Below the pieces are notes generated by a model. The model saw nothing but the letters and a program-made list of their open reading frames with translations, was not told the origin of the DNA and did no database searches. DNA of 63,742 bases, counting the filler, from Folioceros fuciformis (lineage: Eukaryota): NCBI GenBank assembly GCA_049999805.1. It is 10 parts of 10 records of this genome, joined end to end, with 100 filler letters (N's around TTAATTAATTAA, not from the genome) between each part and the next. Parts side by side here need not be neighbours in the genome. Positions count along the whole stretch, not along the records: positions 23,189 to 38,335 come from JBNGIO010001127.1; positions 38,436 to 40,943 come from JBNGIO010001128.1; positions 41,044 to 49,059 come from JBNGIO010001129.1; positions 49,160 to 60,490 come from JBNGIO010001130.1; 6 more parts are not named here. One strand, written 5' to 3'. Position numbers and translations under genes: made by a program. Shown piece after piece: positions 36,698 to 49,473 of the stretch; position 1 is the stretch's first letter, and each line of letters begins with the position of its first letter.

Positions 36698-36798
36698 TCA
36701 GCCCAGCCCAGCCCCGCCCAGCCCGGCCCAGCCCAGCCCAGCGCAGCCCAGCGCAACCCAGCCCAGCCCAGCCCAGCCCAGCCCAGCCCAGCCGGCCC
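36698..36798. repeat. (GCCCA)n pentanucleotide microsatellite, about 19 units
   Basis: Seen directly. A short inverted copy (TGGGCTGGGCTGCGCTGGGC) lies at about 37054-37073. Confidence 0.92.
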
Positions 36799-39467
36799 GG
36801 TGCTGCACGGATGCATGATCTGCTGACCTGTGTAGACGGAACTCGAAGCAAACGCAATTGCCAGGGCAAGCAAGTTGGCAATCCTGTTGGAGGTAAGGAA
36901 TAAGGCAAATGGAAGGCCCGGGTCACGGGACTTGGCTAAGCTGGTATTCACGGTATCTAGTCGCATATCCGATGGCCCACTGGTGGATGGTCCAGAATCT
37001 CGCCGTCATGCGCACAGACTCGCCACGAGAGGGGTTAGGCTGCGTTATTGGTCTGGGCTGGGCTGCGCTGGGCGGGAATCGGGGATGCAGATGCCGGAAT
37101 GCCCACCAAGTGGAAACCACGGTTGTGGGTTGTGGGTTTTTTCTCTTACAATCGCCCGAAGTCTGAATATATGTATGTTCTCGATAGTTCATGGAGTGTG
37201 GGTTATTGTAGGGGGTGATCAGGATTGACCTCCATCGCCTGAGCTCTGTAGCGAGCATCTAGAGCAGGGAGCAGCACACTCGACTCTCATGCTCTGCTAC
37301 GCAACATGCGCTCATACGTTGCACAGGCCATACAAATACAACAAAGATACGTACATAAGATAGGCAGATATTTTAAGGTCCACGTGCAACAAGAGCGAGT
37401 GCGGTGGCACCGTAGCATTGGCGCGGCCGAGGCACCGGGACTGGCAAAGCAAGTGGGCGACCCGAAGCCCGATTTGGAAAACCGCCACTTCGCCCGGATC
37501 GCATATACCTAGAGTCCCTGGCCTCCGCCGGGATAATTAGAGCTCCGACCCACCAAGCCCATGCGCCGGCACGGGCACGAGCACGGGCTCCAGCTCCAGC
37601 AGCAGCAACAACGGCACCGGCACCCCCGTCGGAATGATGCCGCTTGCTATGTTGGGGGCTGCGCTTGTCCCATAAACAGGGACACATGTGATTGATGCAC
37701 AAAACTCCCTCTCCCTCGAGGCTGGCCTTGTCAAGGCCTCTGGTCCAAGGGAGACGAATACAAGAAGCCGCTTGCGACACGCCCCGGCCGGCTGCCCCCT
37801 AGGACCTGGATACCTGTTTCGCCCCTTCCCCGCCTCCTCCGTCGCCCCCGGCAAAACTCTCCGCCTGCCATCTGGTGCGCCCTCCATTCCGGCAAACTGT
37901 GGGGGTCGTCGATACCAGGAGTGAATACATCATTCAACATGAGCACGGTGCCTACCCGCGGCCCGATTCTGGCTTCTGCCGCCATTTGGCATTGTCCAGA
38001 GAGAGCCGCGCTCTAATGGCCACACCAAATGGTTCATGACTCTCGTATAGTTCCTTCACGCTACCTTCTTGTTACCAGTTGGATGGACTGTGCACTGCGA
38101 CTGTGATGCACACAACGAGAGCAATGTGCTCCGACGGCCGTTCAAAAGCTTGGAAATCTTTGGCTCCCACTCTGTCCACACCCCCATGTAATTATAATCT
38201 CGAGCACCAGACGAGGTAGGGAGGCCAGGTGAAGTGGGACGATGTCGACACACCCACCTCAGACACGCGTCGACCGCTGGTTCTGATAACGGGACGGCAC
38301 CCCGTCTTAGCATCCCTCCACCCCAAGGGGCGTTTNNNNNNNNNNNNNNNNNNNNNNNNNNNNNNNNNNNNNNNNNNNNTTAATTAATTAANNNNNNNNN
38401 NNNNNNNNNNNNNNNNNNNNNNNNNNNNNNNNNNNTCTTGCTAGAGAAGCTGAAATGTCTCGTCTTCCTGGTCTAGCCAAAAAGCCTAGATTAATCTAAA
38501 GATATAAATCTATAAATAAATCAATAGAGGACAAAATCTTGAAAGGAAAGAACTAGAGGGTGAAGTTGCATGAGAAGTGGGTTTGAATGCTAGCGTGGTT
38601 TACTACTCACTTCAATGAGAAACTACACTAACATACTTCTTATGTATGTATGTATATAAATATATATACTTACATAAATTTTAATCATTTTATATTTTCT
38701 TACTTCTACACTAAAACATACTTTTGTAATCTTGTACTATTGTCATGCTAGGGCAATGTTGAGATGAGTCGGGTCCTGAGCTTGGCCAGCACCCACTTAA
38801 AGCTTGGGGTTCCGTCTTGCACATTCAACATTTGTACCTGTATCCTAGTGTTGTTTCCCACTACTCTGCATGTCACAGATTGCAGCACAATTTGTTGCAA
38901 GTGAGAGCAATCCATGTCCAAAAAATGGAAGATTCTGATTTGAAGAGATTGCATTAAAGACTTGCAGCAATCTGAGTTTGAAAGGAGCTGCGTGACACAC
39001 GCAGCTTGGTGAGTTAGTAAGTTACACCATGAACTGCAACACTGGAATCAAAGGTACTGAAAACGTTCTTCATCCTAGCTCCCAATTCCAGAGAACACAA
39101 AAATAGGGTTTGAGCTGCCTTCCCCAAGTTACAGCGCTGTGCGGCGCAACTTCAACAACTACGAGGGGGACAACTTCGGAGACACAGAGGGCCAACGACT
39201 TAAAGACATAGATGTTGTTGTCAATTTCGAGGCCAATCAAGACGTTCATGGATGGCGCCGAGAGGGATCTAGCTCGGTGGCTCAATGGAACAGCTGAGCC
39301 CCCTGTGGGGGGGCTCATCAGCTAACACATGGGCGGTAGTAGTTGGTATGTGTTCTAATTAACAAAAGATGCGAGGGCAAAACGAGGGGGTGTAGGTTGC
39401 TAATCACTCTGATGTTAGCCGGACAAAGGGCGAGGCAAAGAAAGTCTCACAGGTACGGATACCTAAA

Positions 39468-40943
39468 GTGGACTATGTGCAGGCTCAGGTACAGCAGGGC
39501 CCCTCCCAAGAATATGTCTCAGGATCGGCATCAGAGTGTACGGGATTGAAGTTGGGTCCGCTAGCGGATGTGCTCATGGAGGCGAGTTTTTTTCAAAGGG
39601 AGGAGGACAAAGTAGCTGCTAGCTCGGTGGTGGGGCGTCTTATGTCTAAAGGTCCTCCTACCGTGGAGGAACTGGAGAAATGGGTGGCTCAGGTAACTGG
39701 TTGCACCCCAGCATATGTTTTCTTGAAAGCAGACGGCTCCTTCCAAATTAAGTGTGACGAGGCTGCGGGGGCTAAGGCCCTTATACAAACATCGTTGTCT
39801 GTCCGGGATTCCATTCCGGTGGTGGTAGAAGAATGGTCCCCTGGGAATTCCATTATGCATTCTAAAATCAAGCGGCACTTTCTGTGGGTGGGTCTTCCAG
39901 CCTTGCTAGTTCAGCTCGTCCCACTGATTCACAAAATTCTAGAGACCATTGGTAGGGTGGTGGAGGTTCCTAAGGTGGACTCTAGCTTGTTCGACAGCAA
40001 CAAACCGCCTCGCTTTGGGGTGAGGGTTGACAGCCTCCATGCTTTGCCGGAAGGGGTCGTGGTTCGTGATCCGGAGGACCCATCTAAATGTTTTACACAA
40101 CTCTTTGATTACCCGGATCTTCCTATTCGGTGCGGGGTGTGTGGCTTGCAAAATCACCTTAAGCAGGCTTATCCCCTTCGGGCTGGATCAGAAGGTCGGG
40201 GAGGGAATTCAGAGAAGGCGCATTCAGGACCCCTTCCTGGATTTAAAGGTGCCCCGATGAGGCCCTGGAGGACTAACCCTGGTACGCTGTTGTGGGCGAA
40301 AAAAGTGCAGGAAGAATTCTTCTCGAGGAGCGGGGGCACACACAGTACACATGCCAAGCTTTGTGTCCTTCTGAGGAGGAAAGTAGGTAACACATACTTC
40401 TATTGGATGCCGAAGGGGGGAGAGCTCAAAGCCTTAACTACACGCGCGTTCCAGGTAGGGGGGTCGATTGGGAATCAGCCCCCTGTGATCTGGTCTAGAG
40501 TCAAGTCAAAAGTCAAGGACATGTTGCAGGCAGGTCTGGGGTTTGATGAGCAAGCTGTGAGATTGGCTTTACAGGAAGCACAGCATAGTATGGTGTGTCA
40601 CAGACTAGAGGATAGCTTAGCTATTGCCTTTGTCAACACCTTGATTGAGCTGAAGGAAGAGTGCCGAATCCGGGACTTCAAGGTTTCACAGTGGTTGGAA
40701 GAGTCTTAGCTGCTAGCCTATATCTGTTAGAAATCAAGCTCTAACTGAATTGTTATTAAGAGCATACAACACTTAGGATAGTGTAGATTATCCCATATTG
40801 AACTCGTAGTTATCTACCACCTAAGTGTTATCAGGATATACCAGGATATTGCACCTTCGAGACTAAGGCTTACCTTATCGAGGGTTGCCCTGCCTGAAGG
40901 CTATAGATGTAGCATCCTGTGCACCATAAGGAATGTACTGTGG
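39468..40943 (+). mobile_element. LINE ORF1-like gene (DUF4283-like region, zinc knuckle, unassigned C-terminal domain), copy 1; stops accumulate after 40709
   Basis: VVGRL..KGPP..EL.KWV, GSFQIK, PVVVEEWSP, LWVGLPAL..L...ILETIGRVV and YPDLPIRCGVCGLQNHLKQAY match plant L1 ORF1 architecture. Homology to copy 2 continues past the TAG at 40709. Confidence 0.72.
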
Positions 40944-43900
40944 NNNNNNNNNNNNNNNNNNNNNNNNNNNNNNNNNNNNNNNNNNNNTTAATTAATTAAN
41001 NNNNNNNNNNNNNNNNNNNNNNNNNNNNNNNNNNNNNNNNNNNCAGCAGGTGTGTGTGAGAGTATGTATCTGGTTGCAGGCGTGGTATTTGCAAGCGTCT
41101 TATTTTTCCTAGTGTACGCTACATGATGTGCATCCCACTGAAATTGGCAGGCCAAGGAGTGCAGCATGCAGGTGTTCATCACCCGGGTTTAGTCATGAAT
41201 CGCGGGACGTCGGCGCCGAGGCTGGCATACCCTGCACAACAAAGTGTTGTGGGAATGTCGAATTCTTGGGGGCAATATGTTGACCCCGCTGGCGCCGCTT
41301 TTTTTCTGCAACATCAAGATCGGGGATTGAGGCACGGGTACGAGGAGAGCCAACAGCAGTCACTGAGCTCCATATCCACCTTCATGCCGGACCCCAAGCC
41401 TGCTGGTGCCTCCGTCACGTCTCTCGACGACAGCTTCACTTCCCGAGCGATGAATGATCCTTACATTGAATCAAGGCCTCCTGGACACCGTCTGACCGAT
41501 CAACGATCCTTACGTTGAATCAAGGCCTTCTGTCCTCAGCGCCTCCGTCCCAATTCAAGGTGAGGTTTCTTCCCTGCCTCGTCCCCGCACTTTGACCTCG
41601 TGTTTTGAGACCTGTACTTTGCGAATTCACTCGTTCTATTGTTGGATTTGAGCAAATTCTTCCCTTAAATCTCTTGATTGAATTGGACGGTGACAATGCA
41701 GACGTCTTGGCGGCATTCTTCAGCAGTACGAGGCACGTGCACCATCCAACCCCTAGCGATCGGAACAACATCGAGCATGCCCCTGGGGACGAACGGGATT
41801 GAGTCTGTGCGGGCAGCAATTTTCCAACAACTGAGTGTAGATAGTTCTCAAAAAACTGACTGTAGATATGACAGAAATTGAGTGTAAAACACCAATTTTT
41901 CAGACAGTTCTCCAGCAACGGATTGGAGAGCACAACAGTTTTCTAGAAATTGTCGAACGATTTATCGTGGAACATAGCAAACTTTTGGTCCCAAAGTTTC
42001 GTCCTATCCCGGTGCTTGTTGTTTCCTGATTCGAGTCTTCACTCTCCTTGATTCGAGTTGCAGATGCGCAGGGAAATTCAAAAAGGACTTTACAGTGTGT
42101 ACATCTGCTCCAGCAGTAAAGTCATATGTGTCTTTCTAAAAAAAACTCTTCACATCCTCTACGGGCGGTGGCTAGAAGAAAAGAAATGGCTTCATCAAGG
42201 AGGTCGAGGCTCCATGCTACAGGTGTCGACGACGGATTTGGCGAGCGAATGTGCAGAAAGCTGTGTGCTGCGAGCAGGAGCGAATCAGGTGATACGAGTG
42301 AACAGCACATGATTAGATATCGTGAGCAGCCGCAGCCGCAACAACTGGAAGGGTGGATTTCCATGTAGCAAAAGCCTGTGACAGAGGATGCTGTATCCTT
42401 GCTCAAGAATGCTATTCGGGGAAGTGGTATAACATGCGTCATGCGTCGTATGCGCTTGGACCTTGGATCTCCATTAAACGTCTGCTCTGACACAGGCAAT
42501 CATCCCATCGATGTGGCGGCACTTGCAGGCCGATGCACTTCGTGGGTGCTTGTGATCGTGGCGATGTTCATGGCCGCCCATTAACATACACCCAAGCACC
42601 ACATGGAGCCGGGACTAACCGTTGCTATACTGTTGTTTCTCGTTCTCGTGCTTGCTATTTCAGTTGTGTACTCAGGACCTGCAAACAGCCCATAATACGC
42701 GTGTGCAGGCAAACACGTACAATAGTCCAGTTCCATCCAAATCCCCCAGCACAGGAAAAGGGAAGTGGAAGGGCCACTTCCCCATGGACGAGTCTTGAGC
42801 CCGAGTTAAGCCCACTCAACGGTGTTTGATTTGTGCATGTGCATGTGCATGCCGACATGGACTGATTCAGGCGCCTGTCACTGAAGAGTTTTTGGATTCA
42901 TTGTCGTACTGTATGTTCTGATTGGTAGTTGAACTGGAGCTCGAGATTTCTAATTGGGAATGGTGCTCAAGAATGATCTCTAACTTGGGAGAACTTGAGT
43001 TACAGAACTTGACAGTCTTCAATTCTGTACATGGTTAGAGCATCGCATTAGAGTTCAATAGAGCCCACATGCTCACACTCCATGGAGAGTGGCCCAAGGT
43101 GGGTACTACATGTCATGCCATGGATGCCGAGGATCAATTGTCTGAATTGGAATTTTGGTCTTCCGAATCGTGCAAATCCAGATTCCAGTTTGGACTGGTC
43201 AGGGAAGAAACCAGACTGCGATTCCGGTCAATTGCTTTGCACGGGATTGTTGCAGAGACGTCCCACGTTACACGGTCGTCGATGACTTTCTTCTTGTGAT
43301 GAACTCTGACTTGCATTCCGGAGTGATTGAAGAGAATCCAGACCTGCACTTGTTGGCTGCTGACGACACAGTCCTTGGCGTTGAAAATCCTGTGCAACGA
43401 AGCTTGACACTGCAGCTGTGATAGGCCAGGAAAGCTATGTTCACGTGTATCTCTCCACAAACCCTCTGAGTTGTCTTGTCAAAAAGTCCTACATGCAATC
43501 CAAAGTACTGGGAATTTTCTTCTCTTCTTGCTTCAATGATCACTCTTTCAAGAGCAGCTGAAGACAAGTCCTGGAAGTACTGTAAGCTGGATTCTCTTCG
43601 AACCTGCGATTCAATGCTATGGGTACTCCTGGTAGCTTGGACATGTTACATAATCCGTCAAAGCATGACTGTATACATCTGAATAATTATGTACTTCCAT
43701 GCTGTTTCCAGCCCCAGCAGTGCAGCTACGGATTTCGTGGATGATGTGACACGCTTTGCACTGATCCGTGCAGCCTGTCAGATCCAGACCTGATGAAGCT
43801 GGAAGTGAATCGACTGCAGCACCAGTTGGGAGATCTCCCTAGCAAGTGCAGCTTCAAATTCTTTTGCAGGGAAGCAGCATGCACGTGTTGAGCTGGGCGA

Positions 43901-45993
43901 AGGGGCCTCAAGGCCTGTGTGAAGGAGGCTGCTCTCTCACAAATCGCAACAGCAATTATCCGTGCATTTTCCGACGGTGCCTATTAGCACTTGACAGTGC
44001 TGTGAAAGACTTAGTGCTCTACTTGCGGCTAGAATCTCTTCAAAAGGCTGTTCCATTCCTATTTCATGACGTGATTGACACAGCACGTCATCCTGATGTT
44101 TTCAACATGATGCTCCAAAGTTTAGAAGGCTGTAGACTGGCAAGCCCTTGGGGAGGACCGTTGGCTTCAAGGACACGCTCCAGACACTGATCGCAAATGT
44201 CGGAAGCACCATCGTTCAGAGGCTGATGGTGGATTTGAGAGTGCAACAAATCAGTGAAAAGGACAGCAGCTACTGGACGCTGCTGCCCACATGCTGCTCT
44301 TTTCGTTGCCCCTTGCCTAAGAGTCCCCTCAAGGAGCTGCCCTTGGCTCCAGCAAGTCCATCAACGTGAAGGCCGCATCTACAGGCTTTGCTCACTTACT
44401 GCGAAATTTCAAATCCATTATTCTTCAATGTTTTTAAGATTCCTGTCACATGTTTTATCGTATACGAAGTTTTCTATGTATGTACATACTTTTCATTCGT
44501 GTACAGCATATCATATTATATAGGAATACCACCGTATAGAATACAGTCCCATATTTTGAAGCTCGTGGGCAAGACTATATTGGTAGTGGGATTACCTTAC
44601 AAGATTTTTTCTTTCTTTCTCACCCACCGTAGACAACATTACATTTCTTCCTTCACACAAGATCTGGTTATGGTTTCAGAGTTCCAAGGCAGAATCTAAT
44701 CTAATGTGAACGAAGTTAGTATGCTCTCCATCTCCTTAGTCTATGAACCGAGGCAATTCTCCCTCCAACATAGTGATTGAGTTGCGGGCAATTGTTTCCC
44801 TACACCAAAACTTATGGGACTTTGGAAATGAATGTGTATACCTTTGGTTCATGTAATTGCATCCAAATCCGAAACGAAATGGGGTTCAATTGACCAACTC
44901 TAGAGAGTTTGTGGGAGGTACCAATTGTGCAGGTACCCATGACTCCCAAATGGGATGTAGTAATTAGAGGAGAAGGTTGGAAGTGCAAAAGATGGGGATT
45001 GCAAATCTGCAAAATCAATGTCTTGTGGACAAGCTTCAGAAAGCTATGACATTACAGTGTGAGTCCTACAACATAGAATGTGTTATGTAAGCACATGTAA
45101 CCTCTATCAATGTCATAAGGAACCTTGTGTACCCATTCCTGGACTGTGGCTCCAAGCCTCATATTGAAGAGAACGCATCCTTCTTGCAAGCAACGAATGC
45201 GCCCTTGCTTTGACCATTACCCTAAATCTTTAAAGAAGGGTGAGCAATTGCAAACCAACATCTAAAAAGCTCTCATCCCCCATTTTTTCGATGCACTTGT
45301 GGTGTTACTGCCTAAGATAGATCCCTCAGATCATCGGGAGCACCCTCACCCTAAACCATCCATCCTTGCATGGATGGACCTGAAGAATACCCGGTCGCAT
45401 AGGATATAGGCGCCACCCTCTAGCCACTGAGATGTAGGGTAAAGTGTGGAAGAATGGCGGTCTGAAGTTCACAGCAAGATGTAGATAGAAAAAATACACG
45501 AAGAAGCGTGTGCATGGAGAACAAAGAAAGGGATGGACCCGAAAAGATTGTGAATGGAGAAGAAACAAAGTTATGGACTAGAGAACATTCTTCATTGTTC
45601 TTGATAAGTCCACTGAAGTGGCAATGACAGAAGAAAACAAACTTTGTACCATATGGTACCTTGTAATGTGACATGGAGCCCTAAAAAACAGTAGAGTTTA
45701 TTTATTTTAGAAGAACAAGATGGAAAACCCATTAACCCCTAGAGAGGATAGAGAGGAGAGAAACAATGATAGGAACACTAAGGGCTAACCCCCTGAAGCC
45801 CGTAAAACATCATGGTGTGGGAGGAGAAAGGTCTACCTACCACTGGGGTTGCTCCTATTGCCTCTCCTGCCAATGTAGTCATCCTATGTCAATGTAGTCA
45901 TCCTATACATGACATTAGCCAATGCTCGCTGTGAAGTAATAAAAAATGGTGCCAAAAGCCTATGCCGAAAAAATGCTGCAATATATAAAAGAG

Positions 45994-46111
45994 GAAGAGC
46001 AAGCCAGTTTTATGTTGCTAAGTGAAGAGCAAGCCCAGTTTTATGTTGTGAAGTGAAGAGCAAGCTCAGTTTTATGTTGTGAAGTGAAGAGCAAGCCCAG
46101 TTTTATGTTGT
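45994..46111. repeat. 31-bp minisatellite, about 4 copies
   Basis: GAAGAGCAAGC(C/T)CAGTTTTATGTTGTGAAGT repeated. Confidence 0.9.
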
Positions 46112-46199
46112 CAACTGTCCTGGCAAAAGACTTTAAAAACTTAGAAAATGCCGTGGATCTTAATGGCAAGGGGGATAAAGTTGTGTTCAACTGTAGACA

Positions 46200-46274
46200 T
46201 AAACCCTAAACCCTAAACCCTAGAACCCTAAAATGTAGAGCCCTAAAATTCCTATGTATATAGGGTTTAGGGTA
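46200..46274. repeat. Interstitial plant telomere-like repeats / telo-boxes on both strands
   Basis: TAAACCCTAAACCCTAAACCCTAGAACCCTAAAA at 46200-46233 and TAGGGTTTAGGGTA at 46261-46274. Confidence 0.8.
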
Positions 46275-46923
46275 GAATAGAATATTCACATAAAACATAC
46301 AATGAAAAAATAACCTAATTGAGGACCGTATATCCGTACCAATATTATATATCATATAGCAAAATATCTACTTGAAAGTGAAATGCTGTAGATACCTTCA
46401 CCTTTAATTGGAGGCGGGGCTGAGTCCGGAAAAAGGAGCTGCAACAGGCGGAGGACCTGGGCACCGGCTGCCCCGTTGTCGAACACCTGTGTCTCTCTCC
46501 GACTCGGCCAACCCCCATTTTCTCTCTCCCCCCTCTTGGAGCCGTCCTGGAGCCGGCGGGTGGCGAGGTGTGAATACAACATACACGGACGTCAGTGGAG
46601 AACCTGCGTCCGAAGGCGCAGCTTGCTTACTTGTCGGAGGTTTAACGCGTGTCCGGACGGCTCCTTATTTTTTATGTGGCGAAGTCGTTCTAGTCAAGCG
46701 GAAGGTCAAGTCGGTCACGATTGACACCATTTTCTGCAACCGACTGATTGTCGTGAGGTTCTTTGCTCAGCAGCTGCGCCGAGTGGTTGCTCGCATTGAA
46801 GGGAACAATACCGCGGGCTGTCGACGCTCCAGCCACCCGCACCCGATACCTCTCTTGCCATGTACGTGGCCCGCGTGCCGGGCACGATTTCTGCGTTCTT
46901 GAGACGCTCTCCGTCACAGCAAG

Positions 46924-48686
46924 ATGGAGAGGTTATGGCGGCACCGGCTATGGAGCGCTCGCGCGTCCACATTCCTTGTTCTCCTCTGCTTCCTCAGCTT
47001 CCTGGCGCACGGGCCGGCACTGGCCGCACCGGAGTCGCCGTCCTGGTCCGAATCCTTCCCGGTCGCTCGCCGGGACCGGTCATTGGACCCCTCCTACCCC
47101 GCGCGGAGCAGCAGGGATCGGGCGCGCTCCCTGCGCACGGCTATGGCGGCCGGGCAGGTGGTGACCCCCGGCCGCTCGAGCGGGGAGTACATGGTGCGGA
47201 TGGAGCTCGGCACACCGCCGCAGGAAGCCTGGCTCACCATCGACACTGGCAGCGGCTTGCTGTGGACGCAGTGCCGCCAGTGCTCCACCTGCTTCCCGTC
47301 TCAGCGAGACGCAGCTTACGATCCTACCGCCTCGTCCACGTACCGGCGCCTCTCGCAGCATGACTCCACCTGCGATAGCGCTCCCGCCAGAGACCCCGGG
47401 ATCCAGACCTTCCATGACGGCTCCTCCTGCGCCTACAGGTACAGCTATGCCGATGGCTCTTTCACCGAAGGCCATCTGTCCAAGGACACGCTCACCATCG
47501 ATTCCGGCTTCGGCAGCCGGATAAAGATCCCTGGCGTCGTCTTCGGATGCGGCCTCAACAATCAGGGCCTTTTCGAACAGGAATCGGGTTTCCTCGGCCT
47601 GGGAAGAAGCTTTCTTGGCCTCCCTCAGCAGCTGGGAAATGCATCCGGCACGAAATTCCGGTAAAGTTTCGAATAATTTCTCGCTGCTTCTTCATTCCTT
47701 GCATCTTCGTACCCTTCATCTTTCGGATCTCCGCCAGCTTCATATCGTCATCACTTCATCTCCAACTCTTGCTCACTTATGGATCCATTATTCTCATTAA
47801 CTTGATACCGTCATCTCCAAATCTTGCTCCCTTATGAATCCGTAATCGCATCTGCCTTCATCATGTTGCTTAGAGCAGTTCTTGGGAGGCTTGAAGCAGG
47901 TTGTACTGTTCTGTAACACACGGTCGATTCTTATTGGCTTCCGATCTCTGTAGGCATTGTTTCACCGACAGGATTAAGCAAGAAGATGCAATGAGCTTCC
48001 TCTCTTTCGGGGAGCTCCCGCGTTCAAGCCACCACCTCACGGACATCGGCTTCACCAGCATAGGTCACGACAGGCAGATGCTTTTCACACCATTCGTCTC
48101 TCCTCCAAGGGATGTCTGGCAGCCGGACCCGGATTCGGGCAGAGGAGGATCCCCCGCGCAGGTCTTCTATTTCCTCAATCTCACGGCCATCAGCGTGGCA
48201 GGCCAGCGGCTCCCCGTCCCTCGTATCGCACCCGGAGGAACTGTGATCGACTCGGGGACGACGTTCTCGGTGTTGGCACCCCCAGTTCTGCAGGCCTTGG
48301 TGCTCGCCTTCTCCGCGTCGCTGGCCTCGCAGGCCCGGCCGCCGATGGCCGTGCCTTCCCCCGCTTCTGAGGAAGCAGATTCCGTTGCCTTCCATCTCTG
48401 CTACAGTATGAGTCAGGAGAGGTTCGATTCCATGGTTTTCCCCGAGGTTTCCTTGTTATTCCAGCGGGACGGGGCCCGGGAGGAGGAGGTGGCGATGGTC
48501 CTTCCCACGAACAATGTCATGGTTCCCGCAGCCGAGACGGTTTTCTGCCTCGCGTTTCTCAGCGCGGAGGATGATGGAGCCACCAACATTGTCGGCAACT
48601 TCCAGCAGGAAAACTACCTCATCGAATACGACCTGCCCGGCAACAAGCTTGGATTCCAGCGCGCCTCCTGTGCTTTCCATGCCTGA
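46924..48686 (+). CDS. A1-family (nepenthesin/CDR1-like) secreted aspartic protease, 2 exons (46924-47660, 47954-48686)
   Basis: Hydrophobic signal peptide; GEYMVRMELGTPPQ..IDTGSGLLWTQC..C; YSYADGSFTEG; VFGCG; KFR|HCF across a GT-AG intron; VIDSGTT; IVGNFQQENY.IEYDL...KLGF...C. Confidence 0.95.
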
Positions 48687-49159
48687 CCCTGTCTAACCGC
48701 CTTGTTAACTTTTATTGCCCATTCAGATTCCGTCAGCAAGCACAATTGGGCTTGGAATCGAGGGCGCCTCCGGCCAGCCACAGGCTGCTTGCTTGTTCAT
48801 AGTACTGTATATAACCCATCGGCAGCAGGTACAATTTGGACATACAACGGAAAAATTCAATCATGAAAGGAGGGGACAGGCTTCGGAGATTTTCCCCACG
48901 CCATGTCCCGCAGCATTATTTCGGGGGCCTACTTCGGCCATCTGCATAATACAATAGCGCGTGTCATTCTTCAAATCGTGTGAGACATCAAATACGTGTG
49001 AGACATCAAATACGTAGGCTTCGTCCAATCCACTAAGGGTACCCTAATCCCCATGTGACNNNNNNNNNNNNNNNNNNNNNNNNNNNNNNNNNNNNNNNNN
49101 NNNTTAATTAATTAANNNNNNNNNNNNNNNNNNNNNNNNNNNNNNNNNNNNNNNNNNNN

Positions 49160-49473
49160 ACCATTAGTATAGCAACAAGTCCATGACCATTAGTATAGCA
49201 ACAAGTCCATGACCATTAGTATAGCAACAAGTCCATGACCATTAGTATAGCAACAAGTCCATGACCATTAGTATAGCAACAAGTCCATGACCATTAGTAT
49301 AGCAACAAGTCCATGACCATTAGTATAGCAACAAGTCCATGACCATTAGTATAGCAACAAGTAGCGCGGCAAGAGGTGTGTGAGTACCATTAGTATAGCA
49401 ACAAGTAGTGTGGCAAGAGGTGTGTGAGTACCATTAGTATAGCAACAAGTAGCGTGGCAAGAGGTGTGTGAGT
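49160..49473. repeat. Compound minisatellite: 7 x 26 bp followed by 3 x 44 bp sharing a 21-bp core
   Basis: ACCATTAGTATAGCAACAAGT followed by CCATG (7 copies, 49160-49341) or by AG(C/T)G(C/T)GGCAAGAGGTGTGTGAGT (3 copies, 49342-49473). Confidence 0.95.

Noticed and set aside
43268..43567. SSAALERV resembling the hAT dimerisation motif
   Set aside because: Too short, and the flanking residues do not fit.
49160..49473. CRISPR-like array (constant 21-bp core)
   Set aside because: The intervening sequences are identical or near-identical rather than unique spacers; there are no cas genes and the context is eukaryotic.
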